Shown: in pieces, positions 27,915 through 41,210 of the stretch | Layout of the letters: every line of letters begins with the position of its first letter | How positions within the stretch are numbered: position 1 is the stretch's first letter | Assembly: GCF_006345805.1 (NCBI RefSeq) | Contig: NC_042997.1 | Location: forward strand, 147,436,001 to 147,500,000 | Direction: 5' to 3' | Source of the DNA: Octopus sinensis | Lineage: Eukaryota | DNA: 64,000 nucleotides | Program-made: the position numbers and the translations under genes | Notes under the pieces: generated by a model | Databases searched by the model: none | The model's input: the letters and a program-made list of their open reading frames with translations, nothing else | Told to the model about the DNA's origin: nothing

Positions 27915-28135
27915 ACCCCTACTCCCCTTCCCTTCTTCCCTCTTTCTCCCTCCCCCTTCCCTCTTCCCCTTCCCTCTGCTCCCTCACTCCCCTTCTCTCT
28001 CCCCCTCTCCCTCTTTCCTCCTTCCTCCTCCTCCCCCCCTTCATTCTCCCCCTCCTCTCATCCCCCTATTCTCCCCCTCCCCTCTTCTCCTCTTCCCCCT
28101 CTCCCCCCTCTTCTCCCTTTCCTCCTCTCTCCACA
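27915..28135. repeat. CT-rich low-complexity tract
   Basis: Direct reading. Confidence 0.9.
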
Positions 28136-28189
28136 CTACACACACACTTACTAATACATCACATACATATATATGTACATACTAATACA

Positions 28190-28303
28190 CACACACACAC
28201 TTATACATACTAATACGTACTAATACATACTAATACATACTAATACATACACCAACCCTATACATACACACGTCCAGACCTCTCATACGCACTAATACTC
28301 TCT

Positions 28304-28338
<35 letters not shown>

Positions 28339-28440
28339 ATACATACTAATACATACTAATACATACACCAACCCTATACATACACACGTCCAGACCTCTC
28401 ATACGCACTAATACTCTCTCATACACACACACACACCCTC
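28190..28440. repeat. Tandem duplication of a ~120-bp compound unit
   Basis: CACCAACCCTATACATACACACGTCCAGACCTCTCATACGCACTAATACTCTCTCATAC occurs twice. Confidence 0.85.
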
Positions 28441-28771
28441 ATGTTGGAGCTGGTCATTCAACCCTATTATCAACCCTATTATCTCCCCTTATTTCGCTCT
28501 CGCGTCTCATGTTTGATCTTTGACCTCTGGCCGAAATCAGGTCGCCATGTTGATTCGTTAGTTACTGCACGCATTTTTTTCTCTCCTTCTTTCTGTGTTT
28601 TTTTTTCTCTCTGTGTATCTTTCTGTTGAAGAGCGTAGGCTCGAAACGTTAAAGACTTGTTTTATTTATTTATATTTGTTTTATTTATATTTCCTGAGCG
28701 CCATACTAATACAGTTGTTTGTTTGTTTCCCACCTGCCTTCGTCTTTTGTCTATTTTCATAAAGCTTCCCG

Positions 28772-28772
<1 letters not shown>
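28441..28772 (+). mobile_element. PLE terminal repeat carrying a hammerhead-like motif
   Basis: ATTATCTCCCCTTA at 28478-28491, hammerhead-like motif at 28618-28655, tail homologous to 3355-3460, ends at (TA)n. Confidence 0.6.
28618..28655 (+). ncRNA. Minimal hammerhead-like motif with CUGUUGA core
   Basis: TCTTT-CTGTTGA-A-GAGC/GTAG/GCTC-GAAA-CGT-T-AAAGA: 5-bp stem I, 4-bp stem II, palindromic ACGT stem III; A6 is U. Confidence 0.55.
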
Positions 28773-28815
<43 letters not shown>

Positions 28816-28819
28816 GGAG

Positions 28820-28857
<38 letters not shown>

Positions 28858-29866
28858 ATAGCTTCCGTCTACTAAATTCACTCAAAAGACATTGGTCAGC
28901 CCGAGGCTAAAATTGCCCAAAATTGCAATGGGAATGAACCATAAACCACAAAAAAATTAAAATGCCTGCGTCTACCTCAGGGGAATAACTCTATTTGATA
29001 AACAAACGATATAGCCTTTGAGATGTCATTCAACGTGCTAGAAATAATAGGAAATCCCACTCACAAATAAACAGAACACAATCATTATCAGTGGTTCAGT
29101 GCATCAGGATCTACTCTCTCAAGAACAAGACTTGATGGTCACAGCTTAACTTCATTTGATCATGTTTACACCATCACAGCTGACCTGGAGATAAGTAATA
29201 AAAACTACAATTCTATTGTCTTAACTGTTAAACCAATTCAGTGTTACCAGATATTAATTGGAGTGAAAACGTCAGATACTTTAGAGAGTTAATCCCACTT
29301 ACTTTTCACTTCATATTCCTGCAAATGTTTTACAAATGCAGTCATTTAAAATAAAGAGTGAAACACAAAAAAGAACTACATAAAAAAATCATTCATCAAT
29401 ACATTTCGAAAGACATTATATTTACAAATAAATATGATAAATTACTATCGAAACACAGGAAGAACAGTTTATATTCCTATATCGTTAATATAACAATGAA
29501 ATATTTTTTGCAGAATAGTGAAACAAAACCCAGACATGTCAGTATGAATTTCGTTTATATAATGCCTTACTGGAAATAATACCACAACAATGCAACATTG
29601 ATTAGGATAATATTATATGAATAAATTGAATATATGAAGTGTGAAGTGGCACAAGAGAATATGTATGTGATGTGCAACGGGCTGTGGTCGCACATGTATG
29701 TATCGAATATAGAAGAGTATCTTTATGAATTAAAAGCATTCAGTATATATATATGTGTGTGTGTGTGTGCATGCATTTATGTATACACACACATAGAGAC
29801 AAACCTACCTGTGACACATACACACACACATATATACATGTACATAAATAGAGGTACATGTATATA

Positions 29867-29928
<62 letters not shown>

Positions 29929-30343
29929 CTGACATACACACACATATATGTACGCACACGTATACACATATAAACGTACATATGATGGCTTGTATCATAT
30001 GGCACCGTGTAAACAAAATCGTATAGATAAACAATACTTATAGTAAGAGCGTATAATTGTAATAGTAGCAATAATACCTCAATAAGCTTGTTTTTCAGTA
30101 GTCAAACTATAAGTCCTTAAATCATTAGATTAAAAAATTATAGTAGCTATATATGCTCGAAAAATATCTCTTAGATATGCAGAATTTTGCGGTACTCAAC
30201 AAAAGGTAAGAGATTATGTCAAAGGGTAGGTACAAAAATAGATATCTGAATACTTCTTTCAGCTTCAAAATGGATAATGTAGAAGCAACACAAGAAAGGT
30301 GGTGATCTTTACCCAATTGTTACATTGTCGCAACTAGAAAACC

Positions 30344-30510
30344 CCGGTCTCGCGCCATTTCCGCTCTACTGGTCACTCTTTGCAACACCTTGCACAGGAG
30401 CCATTCTTGCACAGGGCCATCCGGACTCCCGTCTTCGCCGTGAACAGGGATTAATCTTCTCTCTTCACTTCTTTGCGCTACATGGGCTCACCTCTCCTCC
30501 CCTCTTCATC
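30344..30510 (+). pseudogene. PLE GIY-YIG C-terminal fragment (different subfamily)
   Basis: PVSRHFRSTGHSLQHL, then after a frameshift AILAQGHPDSRLRREQGLIFSLHFFALHGL, resembling the PVAxHF...R..E..LI....PxGLN end of Penelope endonucleases. Confidence 0.65.
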
Positions 30511-30694
30511 TAACCCACCTCCCGTCTCCTCTCACACCTACTTACTTCCACTCACCTCTTCTCTCTTGCTCTGACTCCCACTTCTTCTGTTCACTCCTAC
30601 CCTCCTTCTCTCTTCTCTTCACTCATACCCACCTTTTTCCTTCCCCCTATTCCTCCATGGTCGCCCCTCCATCGTTAGAACACAATTAATTTAT

Positions 30695-30868
30695 GGCGGC
30701 CGGTAATAAAGTCACGATTAATTTATGGCATCCGGGCAAAACAAAAAACAAAAGACAACTTGGGCAAAACTCCCGCGGACAAAACTCCCCCCTACAAAAC
30801 TCCTGCGACTTTTTTTTCCTGTGACTTTATAACCATGACTCTTTTCCTGTGACTTTTTGCCCGGACGC
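30695..30868. mobile_element. Possible Mutator-like MITE relic with subterminal repeats
   Basis: Inverted pair GCATCCGGGCAAAA (30728-30741) / TTTTGCCCGGACGC (30855-30868), repeated CAAAACTCC and TTCCTGTGACTTT units; no TSD found. Confidence 0.4.
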
Positions 30869-31472
30869 AGTGGTAAAACAACTGTTTTGATGCCATTAGC
30901 AGTAGTTAGGAAAGAAATTGGCACAACAGAAAATTACTTAAAACTGTGGTGTGTGGAAACTAATACTGAAAAAATAAAGAAGTCGAAAGCACCGAGAACT
31001 ACCTTACGATCTCTTTGTAAAAATGCTTGTAAAAACTGCATTAAGTACTGCTGTTTTTGATTTTTATCTTTCACTTGTTTCAGTCATTTCACTGCGGCCA
31101 TGCTGGGGCACTATTTTGAAGTTTTAGTCAAATCTATCGACCCTAATATTTGTATTTTTGAAAGCCTGGTACTTGGTCTATCGGTCTCTTTTGCTAAACA
31201 GATAACCTACGGGGACGTAAACACATCAGCACCGGTTGCCAAGCGGTGGTGAGGGACACACACACACAAGTATATATATACAAGGGTACTACAAGGGTAC
31301 TACATGAGTACCTATATCGCTAATGATAGAAGTAAAAAATACTTCTGTACCACCGAATAGTCACAAATCTATTACTGACAAGATAGGAAAAAATATCAGT
31401 GAACAATAAAAATGTCTTACCTCAAATGGGTCAGAACAAGTAAATGCTGGTCAACCTGGTACCGGTTTCGAA

Positions 31473-31500
<28 letters not shown>

Positions 31501-31503
<3 letters not shown>

Positions 31504-32253
31504 GAACTACCCACCTTCACTTATTGACATATGCATTCAACGTGCCCTTCAACTCAACATCCAGGAACTCAGACATCCCAAATCAAAGAAAAATTTACGA
31601 CCAAAACCCTTACCATACATCTCCAAACACAACCCTCTCAACATTGAAGCCTTCGACACCATTCTCCAAAAACATACCCCTGCTAAAAAAAGACCACAGA
31701 ATGAACACAATCCTCCAAACACACACGATCATAAAAAGCAAGAGACAGCCAGCCTAAATCTATGAAAAGTCTTCTAACACAATCCCGAATACACTCTACA
31801 ACACAGAAGCCGACAGTAAAAAAATGTGGAAGACCCGATTGCGGGATATGCGATTATCTAATTGAAGGATCAGAGTTCTCCTTCAAACAGGGACAACGGT
31901 TTACAGTGAAAAGCAACTTCACATGTGCTTCGGAGAACCTAATATACACACTAACCTGCTCTGGGTGTCAAGAGCAGTACATAGGCCAAACGAAAAATAG
32001 TTTGCGTAAAAGAATGGCCCTGCACAGATCCCAGATAAAAATTCCCCAAAACAGAAAAATAACATTCAGCCAACACATAGATACTTGCGCCAACAACAAA
32101 ACACCAAACTTCAGGATTTTCCCCCTCTACCAATTCAGAGACGATACAACCTCGAGCCAACGAATAAGTAAAGAAACTCTCATTATTACAAAATACAAGC
32201 CACTTCTGAACGGGTCTACGACAAACGATATATTGCCCTCTGTTTTAGAATAA
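31501..32253 (+). pseudogene. Penelope-like element ORF 3' part: linker, Cys motif and GIY-YIG endonuclease
   Basis: RNYPPSLIDICIQRAL..., KKCGRPDCGIC, NLIYTLTCSGCQEQYIGQT..LRKRMALH...KETLIITKYKPLLN; frameshifted, RT core absent. Confidence 0.92.
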
Positions 32254-32389
32254 CACAAATACACACGCAAATATTACATTCCTAAGAATCCACTACAAAT
32301 CATCCCCAATCACAGCTATAACCCATAACGTACCAACTTTAAGTCATACAACACCTCACTACTACCACTCATTCATATTCTCCCTCCTC

Positions 32390-32519
32390 TTTCTTCTTCT
32401 TCCCCTTCTTCATCATCATCATCATCATCATCTACTTCCTCTTCTTCTTCTTCTTCAGCATCATCATCATCTTCATCATCTACTTCTTCTTCTTCAGCAT
32501 CATCATCATCTTCATCATC

Positions 32520-32551
<32 letters not shown>

Positions 32552-32560
32552 CTTCTTCTC
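32390..32560. repeat. (TCT)n/(TCA)n microsatellite
   Basis: Direct reading. Confidence 0.95.
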
Positions 32561-32902
32561 CCCCTTCTACTTCCTAACTTTATCACTAATGCTTTTTAGT
32601 ATAACACCTACGCAAATTCTATAGACAGACCCTTCAATAGAAATACTTTCATGAACTGCTAGCCGCCGCTGGCCGTTCAAAATACAACAATCAAGGCACT
32701 CCCAAAATTCCCCCTCCTCCTCATCATCCTTCTTCTTCCTCCCTCCCAAGAATTCACAACGACCTCGAACCCACAAGTGTGAACAAGAGAGACAGAGCAA
32801 GGCAGAAACAAGGAAAATGCCACTTATATTTGAACGCTATACAAATATTCCTTTAAAAAAACATTTCTTTTAATTTTTCTAAATTTAATTATTTAATCGT
32901 TA

Positions 32903-32940
32903 CAGTTGAAAAGGTCTCAAAATGACTGAAACCAGTACTG
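32903..32940 (+). ncRNA. Minimal hammerhead-like motif, U3:A8 variant, downstream of the PLE ORF
   Basis: CAG-TTGAAAA-GGTC/TCAAAAT/GACT-GAAA-CCAGT-A-CTG. Confidence 0.5.
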
Positions 32941-32992
32941 AAATGTTCTTTATAAAATTATTTTAGCATTTTCTATTTTGACTTATTTTGTC

Positions 32993-33023
<31 letters not shown>

Positions 33024-33649
33024 TATCTGTGTGTAGGACGGGTTTCTTTCAATTTCCGTCTGCTAAATGTACTCATAAGGCTCTGGTCAGCTTGAGGTTA
33101 TAGTAGAAGACACTCGCCTAAGGTGCCACGCTGTGGAACTGAGCCCTGAATCATATGGTTGGGAAGGAAGCTTCTTACCACACGGCCACGCCTGCGCCTG
33201 TATAATTAAATTGCTTAAATCTGCTTTAGAGAAGTGAGAATTTTGATAGTAGAATCACATATCGTCTAAATAGAACTAAAATATTGTTTCCGTGTAAAAC
33301 GTCTTCGCAGTGAATTTGATAAGTATGAAATGGATTTTTATTTAATGTAATATAATGTTGGAAAATGTAATAAAACAATAAAATGACTGGTGTCATACCA
33401 CCATATAGGAAGATACATTTGATATATGTATATATTTACTATAACGGGTATAATATAACTTTATTTTCTAGTGTCTTTTCAGTATATTTCATTATATTAT
33501 TACTCTAAACATGAATTCATTTCATGTCTATAGAATTCCCTGCTATGATGCTTTACATGAAAGAGAATATTTTTATATTAGATTCGTGAAATTTTTAACT
33601 TACTACAAGTTACTATCTATCACACACGCACACACACGCACATAGAGTT

Positions 33650-33695
33650 AATAGTAACGTCAAAGTTTCGGCTTAGTTGCCTTCGTCAGACTTTC
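33650..33695 (-). ncRNA. Minimal hammerhead-like motif
   Basis: Minus strand GAAAGT-CTGACGA-A-GGC/AACTAA/GCC-GAAA-C-TTTGAC-GTT-ACTATT; stem I imperfect. Confidence 0.45.
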
Positions 33696-33772
33696 TGAAA
33701 TACATTTGATACTTTACTTAATGGTATTGAGTGATCCTTTAGTTAATGTTCACACACACACAGAGACACAGA

Positions 33773-33840
<68 letters not shown>

Positions 33841-34004
33841 ACACACACTATACATATAGGATGTTTTAAGTCAAACGAATGAGAAACGAATGCTCAGTAC
33901 ATGCTACAGAGGAAATGACATTTTATTCCAACTGAAGCTGAGAGCTTGCCTCGCTACCCGATTTTGAATAAAAATTATATATATACTTACATACATACAT
34001 ACAT

Positions 34005-34047
<43 letters not shown>

Positions 34048-36724
34048 CACACACACACGCACACACATACACACACATATATAATAGTTAAACAGGACGT
34101 CAAACATTAAGGCGTGGCAAATATCTCAAGTCATATACGATATTATTATAGGAAGAAATTAGAAATTCACACATGCACACAATCTAGAACTGCCAAATTC
34201 GAGGGCATGATATTTTAGTTGCTCGATCGAATCAGTGGCTGAGCAATTAGTAGATAGTATACCCTTATTGTATTTGTCGGGTGATGCAGGGTATCACAGT
34301 ATGACACTATGTGACAGGGCTAGGCTTATGCTTTATAGTTACAATCCATTTGAAGGGCTTCCACGCAGTCTCCGTCTATACGGTTTTACTTGTAAAGCAT
34401 ACGTCGACTTGAAGCTACAATAAAATATACTTGTCCTAAATTCTACACGGTGGTATGGAACTCCGGACCTGATAATCGAGAAGTGATTCAAAACTGTACT
34501 TAAAGTAAGAACAAGTTTAAAAAGAACATCTATCAAAATATCAAAGCAAAAGCAAGAAGTACCACAAAAAATCACGATATATGCACCAAAATATAAGAAA
34601 TCATTATAATGATTCTACTTGCAGAGGGGGCCACAATATAGAAATAATTTGTTTGCCCTCAGGAAATTCTTGTAAAATGTCAATTATTATTCTAATTGAT
34701 ATTGACATTTCTTTTTCTTTTTCATTTATACAATACTCTATTATTTAACGAGGCAAGAAGGAAGCCTGTAGGCGGTAATGTGATCTGCCAGAAATAGCTG
34801 TCAAATATCCCTCAGATTATTTCCTGCCGTCTTTAAACAGTAGAAGAATATATTTGGCATACTTCTATTATTGTGTTCTTTACATAGCTTTGGATTGACA
34901 AAATGATACTTTAGCTGTCATATATTAAAGCTATATGTAGTCATATGTTACAACTATATGCTCAATTAAGGTGAAACAAGAGCAACAAGAAGAAAAAAAT
35001 ACAATAATATATTTAAACTACTCGATTATAATTCTAATAATAATCAGCAGAAAATGGTATACCTATATAAAGCTTCAGAATTCTATCTGTAGGACAGGTT
35101 GACAGGCGGTCGAAAACCTGGTTGAAGGATCCACTAATTATAATCACACACTCTTGATAATCTGTGTATACAACTAGGAAGATTATACCTCAAAAACTTC
35201 AGTTGAAATGTTTGTAAACAGGGATAATATAAAATTAACACGCTAATGTGCCATCTCTTAGATTGAGAGTTCTATGGTTAAAGCAGTCTTTGGTCAATAA
35301 TCCCCCTTCTTTCTTAGACATAAAATATCCATTGTGTACATCACTTTTATAAAATGAGTACGGTGGTTTGGGTGCCATTTTTAGCAGGTTGATGAGGATG
35401 TAGAACCCCCTTCCTTGGTTCGTGGTCCAATTAGCAACTGTATAATTTCTGTAATAAATTCATGTACATCACTTCGAAAGTGACAGATTCGTTGTGAAAT
35501 ATAGTGATGATATAAGTGATGATATAAAATGCAGTCATATTATACATTTGATCATTATTATATTAATTGAAGTTGATATAAGATTATTTAAAAAGAAATG
35601 AATGTCTTTCACACACGCGCACACAGTCACACATACGCATCTACAAACACATACATGGATAGATATGTGTTCATTTGGTCGACTCTACACGTCAACAGAT
35701 TTAAAATTAATAAGATTACTCTTCTATGGTTTTTACCTTAATATAAACCAAAACACACACACTCTCTCTGTGTGTCTCCACAAACAAATACACACACACA
35801 CACACACACACATATATACACACACACAAACACGTACAAACAAACACACACACACATGTATATCGTCTGACATTTCTGATATTGCGACGAATATTTTCTC
35901 TAAACATCAGTGTTAATATTTCACAGTATTCTAAATCTTCTACGTTGGACTGCTTTATTCTAATCTGACATCGGCAGTTTTCTTCGTTTATTTATTTATA
36001 TCCCTTTTTTTGTTTTATACTGACGACCAAACCGAACACAACATACGCCATTATTATCTCTTCGTCATCTGCTTTTCATTTTATCCAAGATAATATGATT
36101 TACGAAGAAACGAAAAGGAAAAAAAAAAAAAAAATGAAAAGAAACAAGAAATCTAAAAGCACGAAGCAAATGAAATAAATTGACTGAAATGAAGTAAATT
36201 AAAAATATTTCGCAATCTGAAATGATTAAATTTGAAATGAATTATGAAAAAATATTTAAATTCATTTTTATATTGGGTGTGAAATTTTTAATAATAATAT
36301 CTACCAGAATTAAATTAGCTACCTACGAAGTGAAACATTTTAATTTGCACTAGCTAGTACTATGCTGAATAGAAGCGAATGAATTTTTTTTTGTTAACGT
36401 CAATTGTTGTCTTATTGTTTTGTTAGCATATAACAGTTAGGTAATGGAAGATTTCATAGATTTATAAACACAAATACTGACACAAACAAGATTACCATGT
36501 CGTTTTGGATTAAGATTTATGTCAGTGATATTACATTAGGAACATTACCAATGTCGCAGACTTTCTAAAGCTAGTCTGATACTATTCTGAAAGATTAGTA
36601 ACCTATTAGTTTTGATTTTAAATCTCATATATAGATTTTGGTGTATAACTGTAGTATACTGCAGTATTATCACAGTTTAGTAGCTGCACTGTTGATGTTT
36701 ACTAATTGATAATGTTGGTTTCAA

Positions 36725-36930
36725 GTGTTGGCACAAGGCCAGCAATTCCGGAAGAGTGGGTAGGTCGATAACATCGACTCCAGTGGTCAACTAGTACTTA
36801 TTTTATCGATCCCGAAGGATGAAAGGCAATGTCAAAATCGGCGGTATTTGAACTTACAGCGTAAGGGCAGGCGAAGTGCCACTAAGCATTTTGCCCGGCG
36901 TACTAACGATTCTGCCAGTTCGCCGTCTTA
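36725..36930 (-). mobile_element. SINE (AAGGCGGCGAGC family)
   Basis: GGCACAAGGCCAGCAATT...CGAAGGATGAAAGGC...GATTCTGCCAGTTCGCCGTCTT. Confidence 0.8.
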
Positions 36931-37137
36931 TACCAACTGATACATTGTTACTAAGCTAAATATAGAACCCCGCAAAGTGGTGATTCTTTATTACCCACTA
37001 GGGGCGACACAGAGGGGGACACCAAAAGACATGGGGACATAGAACATTATAATTAAAATTTATGAAAAATGAATTAAGTGAAAGAAAATGATAGTATGAA
37101 AGCGATACCAACGGCCCCATCCGTCAGCATCACTTAC

Positions 37138-37365
37138 CTGTCCTTTGTTTTTCATCGTCACTTGAATGTTCTTTGCCAATACGAATAAATTCCATATCCA
37201 TTCTTACTCCGAAATACTCATCCATATTTTCCACGAATTCATCGCTCATTCTTATATCCTTCACCTCCCAATTCTCCCTTTCACACCTCACCATAAACTC
37301 ATCTATGTTCTTCTTTTCAATCACAGAACCCCGCAAAGTGGAATCTTTATTACGACCATGATGAT
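37138..37365 (-). CDS. Candidate internal coding exon (228 bp, phase 1-1), product unknown
   Basis: Pyrimidine tract plus AG acceptor, CAG|GTAAGT donor, open frame HHGRNKDSTLRGSVIEKKNIDEFMVRCERENWEVKDIRM...SSDDEKQRT; the acceptor overlaps SINE-tail-like sequence. Confidence 0.3.
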
Positions 37366-38759
37366 CTTATATAGAATAGAACAATACAGGACAAACAAAA
37401 GACAAAAATGTTACATGAGTTCGAATGATTTAAATATTAAAAATTTAGTTAAAAAGGATTTTAAATACCGATTAAATTTTCCTTTAACTAGAACTTTTTT
37501 AAAAATGAAACTAACACAAAGAAAGAAAAACGAACAAAAATGTTAAAAGATCGAACCCGGCAGCCTTTAAAGCCCAGCAACGATCGTTTCCTTTCATCAA
37601 TGATTAAGCTGGAACCCCGCAAAGTGAACTGTGTGGGAATTTGACATTAGAAATAAGAAGAGGCAAAACTACATATCATTCAGTGTTGAATACAGTCATG
37701 AGAAAGCTTCGGCATGCGGGCTGCAAGCGGTACGTGAGACTTTCTGAATGGTATGTATAACAAAAAATTACCTTGAAGTTTTTTAGTAGTGTCACCCATC
37801 TGATGATGGGCTATCTCTCATGCACCCGCTTCTCAAAATAAATTGCCCATACCTTGGACATTCTGCCATTCCTTTCGTCTTCAACAATAACAACACAATA
37901 CTAAAATTGATGTTTTATAGTCTAAGGATAATATTTTGGAGGAGGCCATAGTTTATTTAATCAACTCTTGGTTGGATTGGTATGTATCGTGCTAACGAGG
38001 AAGCCTCTACGTAGGTGCTAGGTACAGCAGCCAAATCATCCGCAAATTAAATCCCACAGCTTAAAAAATATATAGATTAGATTTAAGATACTGACGCTTT
38101 AGTTACAATAGACGTAGAATGTAAATATAGACTGCAACAAGATTATCTCTGTTGCGTTGTCTTTGATCACAATTCTGCTCGACCATAAGTTTCTTGGGAC
38201 TAAACAAAACAATGAGAATAATCACTACAATCACAACTGGTATTATTTTATCGATGAGTGAAAGGCAATATAGACTTTGACTGCGTTCGAACTCAGAAAT
38301 GCAGAGAGACGTATCTAAATTAAACAAAGCGATTTGTTCGGCGCCCTACCGATTCGGAATCCTTCTCTTTCATCCTAATAATCGGTATTAACAATAGCAG
38401 TAGCCGCAGCACCAATAGCAGGATATGGAACTAGAAAAGCGGACAGATTAAACACAACGATGCTATTCTAAAAGAAAAGAACTGATATTCTTTCTCTGTT
38501 TACAAAACTATCAATCTTCATTACTAACCTAACATTCGTAAAAATAAAAATACTGATAAAACACGGTAAACAGAGAGGATTGGTGAAGAACAAAAAAGTA
38601 AATTTGATCGTTATAAGATAAATCGAATCTCTTGACGCCAGCCGAACTCTCATGGTGAACAGAAGAAAGATGTCTGTAAGCCTATTAGTTGTTAGGGCCA
38701 GTGATATATACGCACTAGAAATTCAAATCAATCGTTTTATAACTTAACTCGATCATATC

Positions 38760-39798
<1,039 letters not shown>

Positions 39799-40342
39799 TA
39801 ATCATTACTCTGTTTTAACTTGATGTGGATCACTGTATCTTGGCAAAAGTCCTGATGGAGCCCAGACAATATTCAAAGGTGGATACGAGTAGCTACGATA
39901 TTTCTAGAAATTGATAACTTAATGTATTTAATATCAACGTACGTATCCGTTTATTACACTATAATCACTTTATCTTTTCATTAAATTATTTGGTGTTTAT
40001 TGTTTTTATAACATGTTATGGCTATAAAGGCTCCATAAGTGAATTGTAATATAGTATTTTTCATCTTTCCTCTTCTCCGCTCCATATTTATTGTTACTTG
40101 CAAAGTTGTACTGATGCTATTTGTGCGCATACATAATTTAGTACACAGGAGAGAACTGCATAAAATATGTATATTTCTCTCTTTAGATGATTTATAAAAA
40201 ATATTAAACTTGTTAAGCTTGATTTTGTCTGAATAATAATTATTATTTCCAATTATTGATATGAAAGTTACAGATAGAAAGTTATATTTACTACTTTATA
40301 GTCTATGCAAAGCTCCATCATAGTTTGAGAAACAGAACTAAA

Positions 40343-40376
<34 letters not shown>

Positions 40377-40536
40377 GCAGGGGTGGCTGTGTGGTAAGTA
40401 GCTTGTTTACCAACCACATGGTTCCGGGTTCAGTCCCACTGCGTGGCACCTTGGGCAAGTGTCTTCTACTATAGCCTTCGGGCCGACCAAAGCCTTGTGA
40501 GTGGATTTTGTAGACGGAAACTGAAAGAAGCCCGTC

Positions 40537-40570
<34 letters not shown>

Positions 40571-40680
40571 AAAAGTGAAAAAACTACAGAAGGCTTGTTT
40601 TAAAAGGTTAAAAAATATATATTTGAGTCAATATGTCTGAAGAATATTATAAATTTTTTTCTTACAATGACATAGTTTAG

Positions 40681-40720
40681 AAGAAATGACGGGTTTCGCG
40701 TTTAGCTCTTCAAATTTCTT
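40681..40720 (-). ncRNA. Minimal type I hammerhead ribozyme motif (U3 variant)
   Basis: Minus strand AAGAAAT-TTGAAGA-GC/TAAAC/GC-GAAA-C-CC-GTC-ATTTCTT: perfect 7-bp stem I, G10.1-C11.1 pair, GUC cleavage triplet, sense to and downstream of the PLE ORF. Confidence 0.7.
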
Positions 40721-40850
40721 ACATCGTTATGTTTATGTTGAGAGGAGTTATCGTCATGTTTATGTTGAAAAGAGTTCTAGATAAGGGGAGGTAATAAGCG
40801 ATTTCTTCCGGTGTAAGGGAGATAATCGCTTAAAATTTTTTGCCTTTCCT

Positions 40851-41210
40851 TTAGGGTGAATTTCTCTGTATAAGTATGTTGGAATGGTTAAGTCTGGGCT
40901 TGTATTTTTCAATGAAGAATGTTTCCTTGTTTAGTCTAATTTGTGTTGATGTTCCGATAGCACATTGGTAAAATGGAAAGATTAAAAATTGTGGTAGTAG
41001 TTGCTTTGCGCATTTCTCAATGTGCTCACTAAGAGGTATCATTCTGTATTCTGGGAATGCAACCTGTTGTCGATGCAGTGTGAATCTACATCTGAGTGAT
41101 AGTCCCGTGGATCCCACGTAGTCTTGGTGGCAGCCCGAGCATTTTATGACATAAATTATGTTTTCAGAGGCACAAGTAAAATTAGATTTGATCTTGAATT
41201 TCTGTCCCTG
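40851..41210 (-). pseudogene. PLE GIY-YIG endonuclease domain (open but N-terminally truncated)
   Basis: QGQKFKIKSNFTCASENIIYVIKCSGCHQDYVGSTGLSLRCRFTLH...KETFFIEKYKPRLN, clearly homologous to 31762-32253. Confidence 0.9.

Larger units (their letters stand above)
27611..28950 (-). mobile_element. CORE-type SINE split at its linker (tail 27611-27810, head 28861-28950)
   Basis: Both halves on the minus strand in the correct order, separated by microsatellites and a PLE terminal repeat. Confidence 0.6.
31064..33199 (-). mobile_element. CORE-type SINE split at its linker (tail 31064-31260, head 33036-33199)
   Basis: Both halves on the minus strand in the correct order with a PLE between them. 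Confidence 0.75.

Noticed and set aside
36965-37626. CRISPR-like interpretation of the three 15-bp repeats
   Set aside because: Spacers are ~270-350 bp and unequal, the context is eukaryotic, and there are no cas genes.
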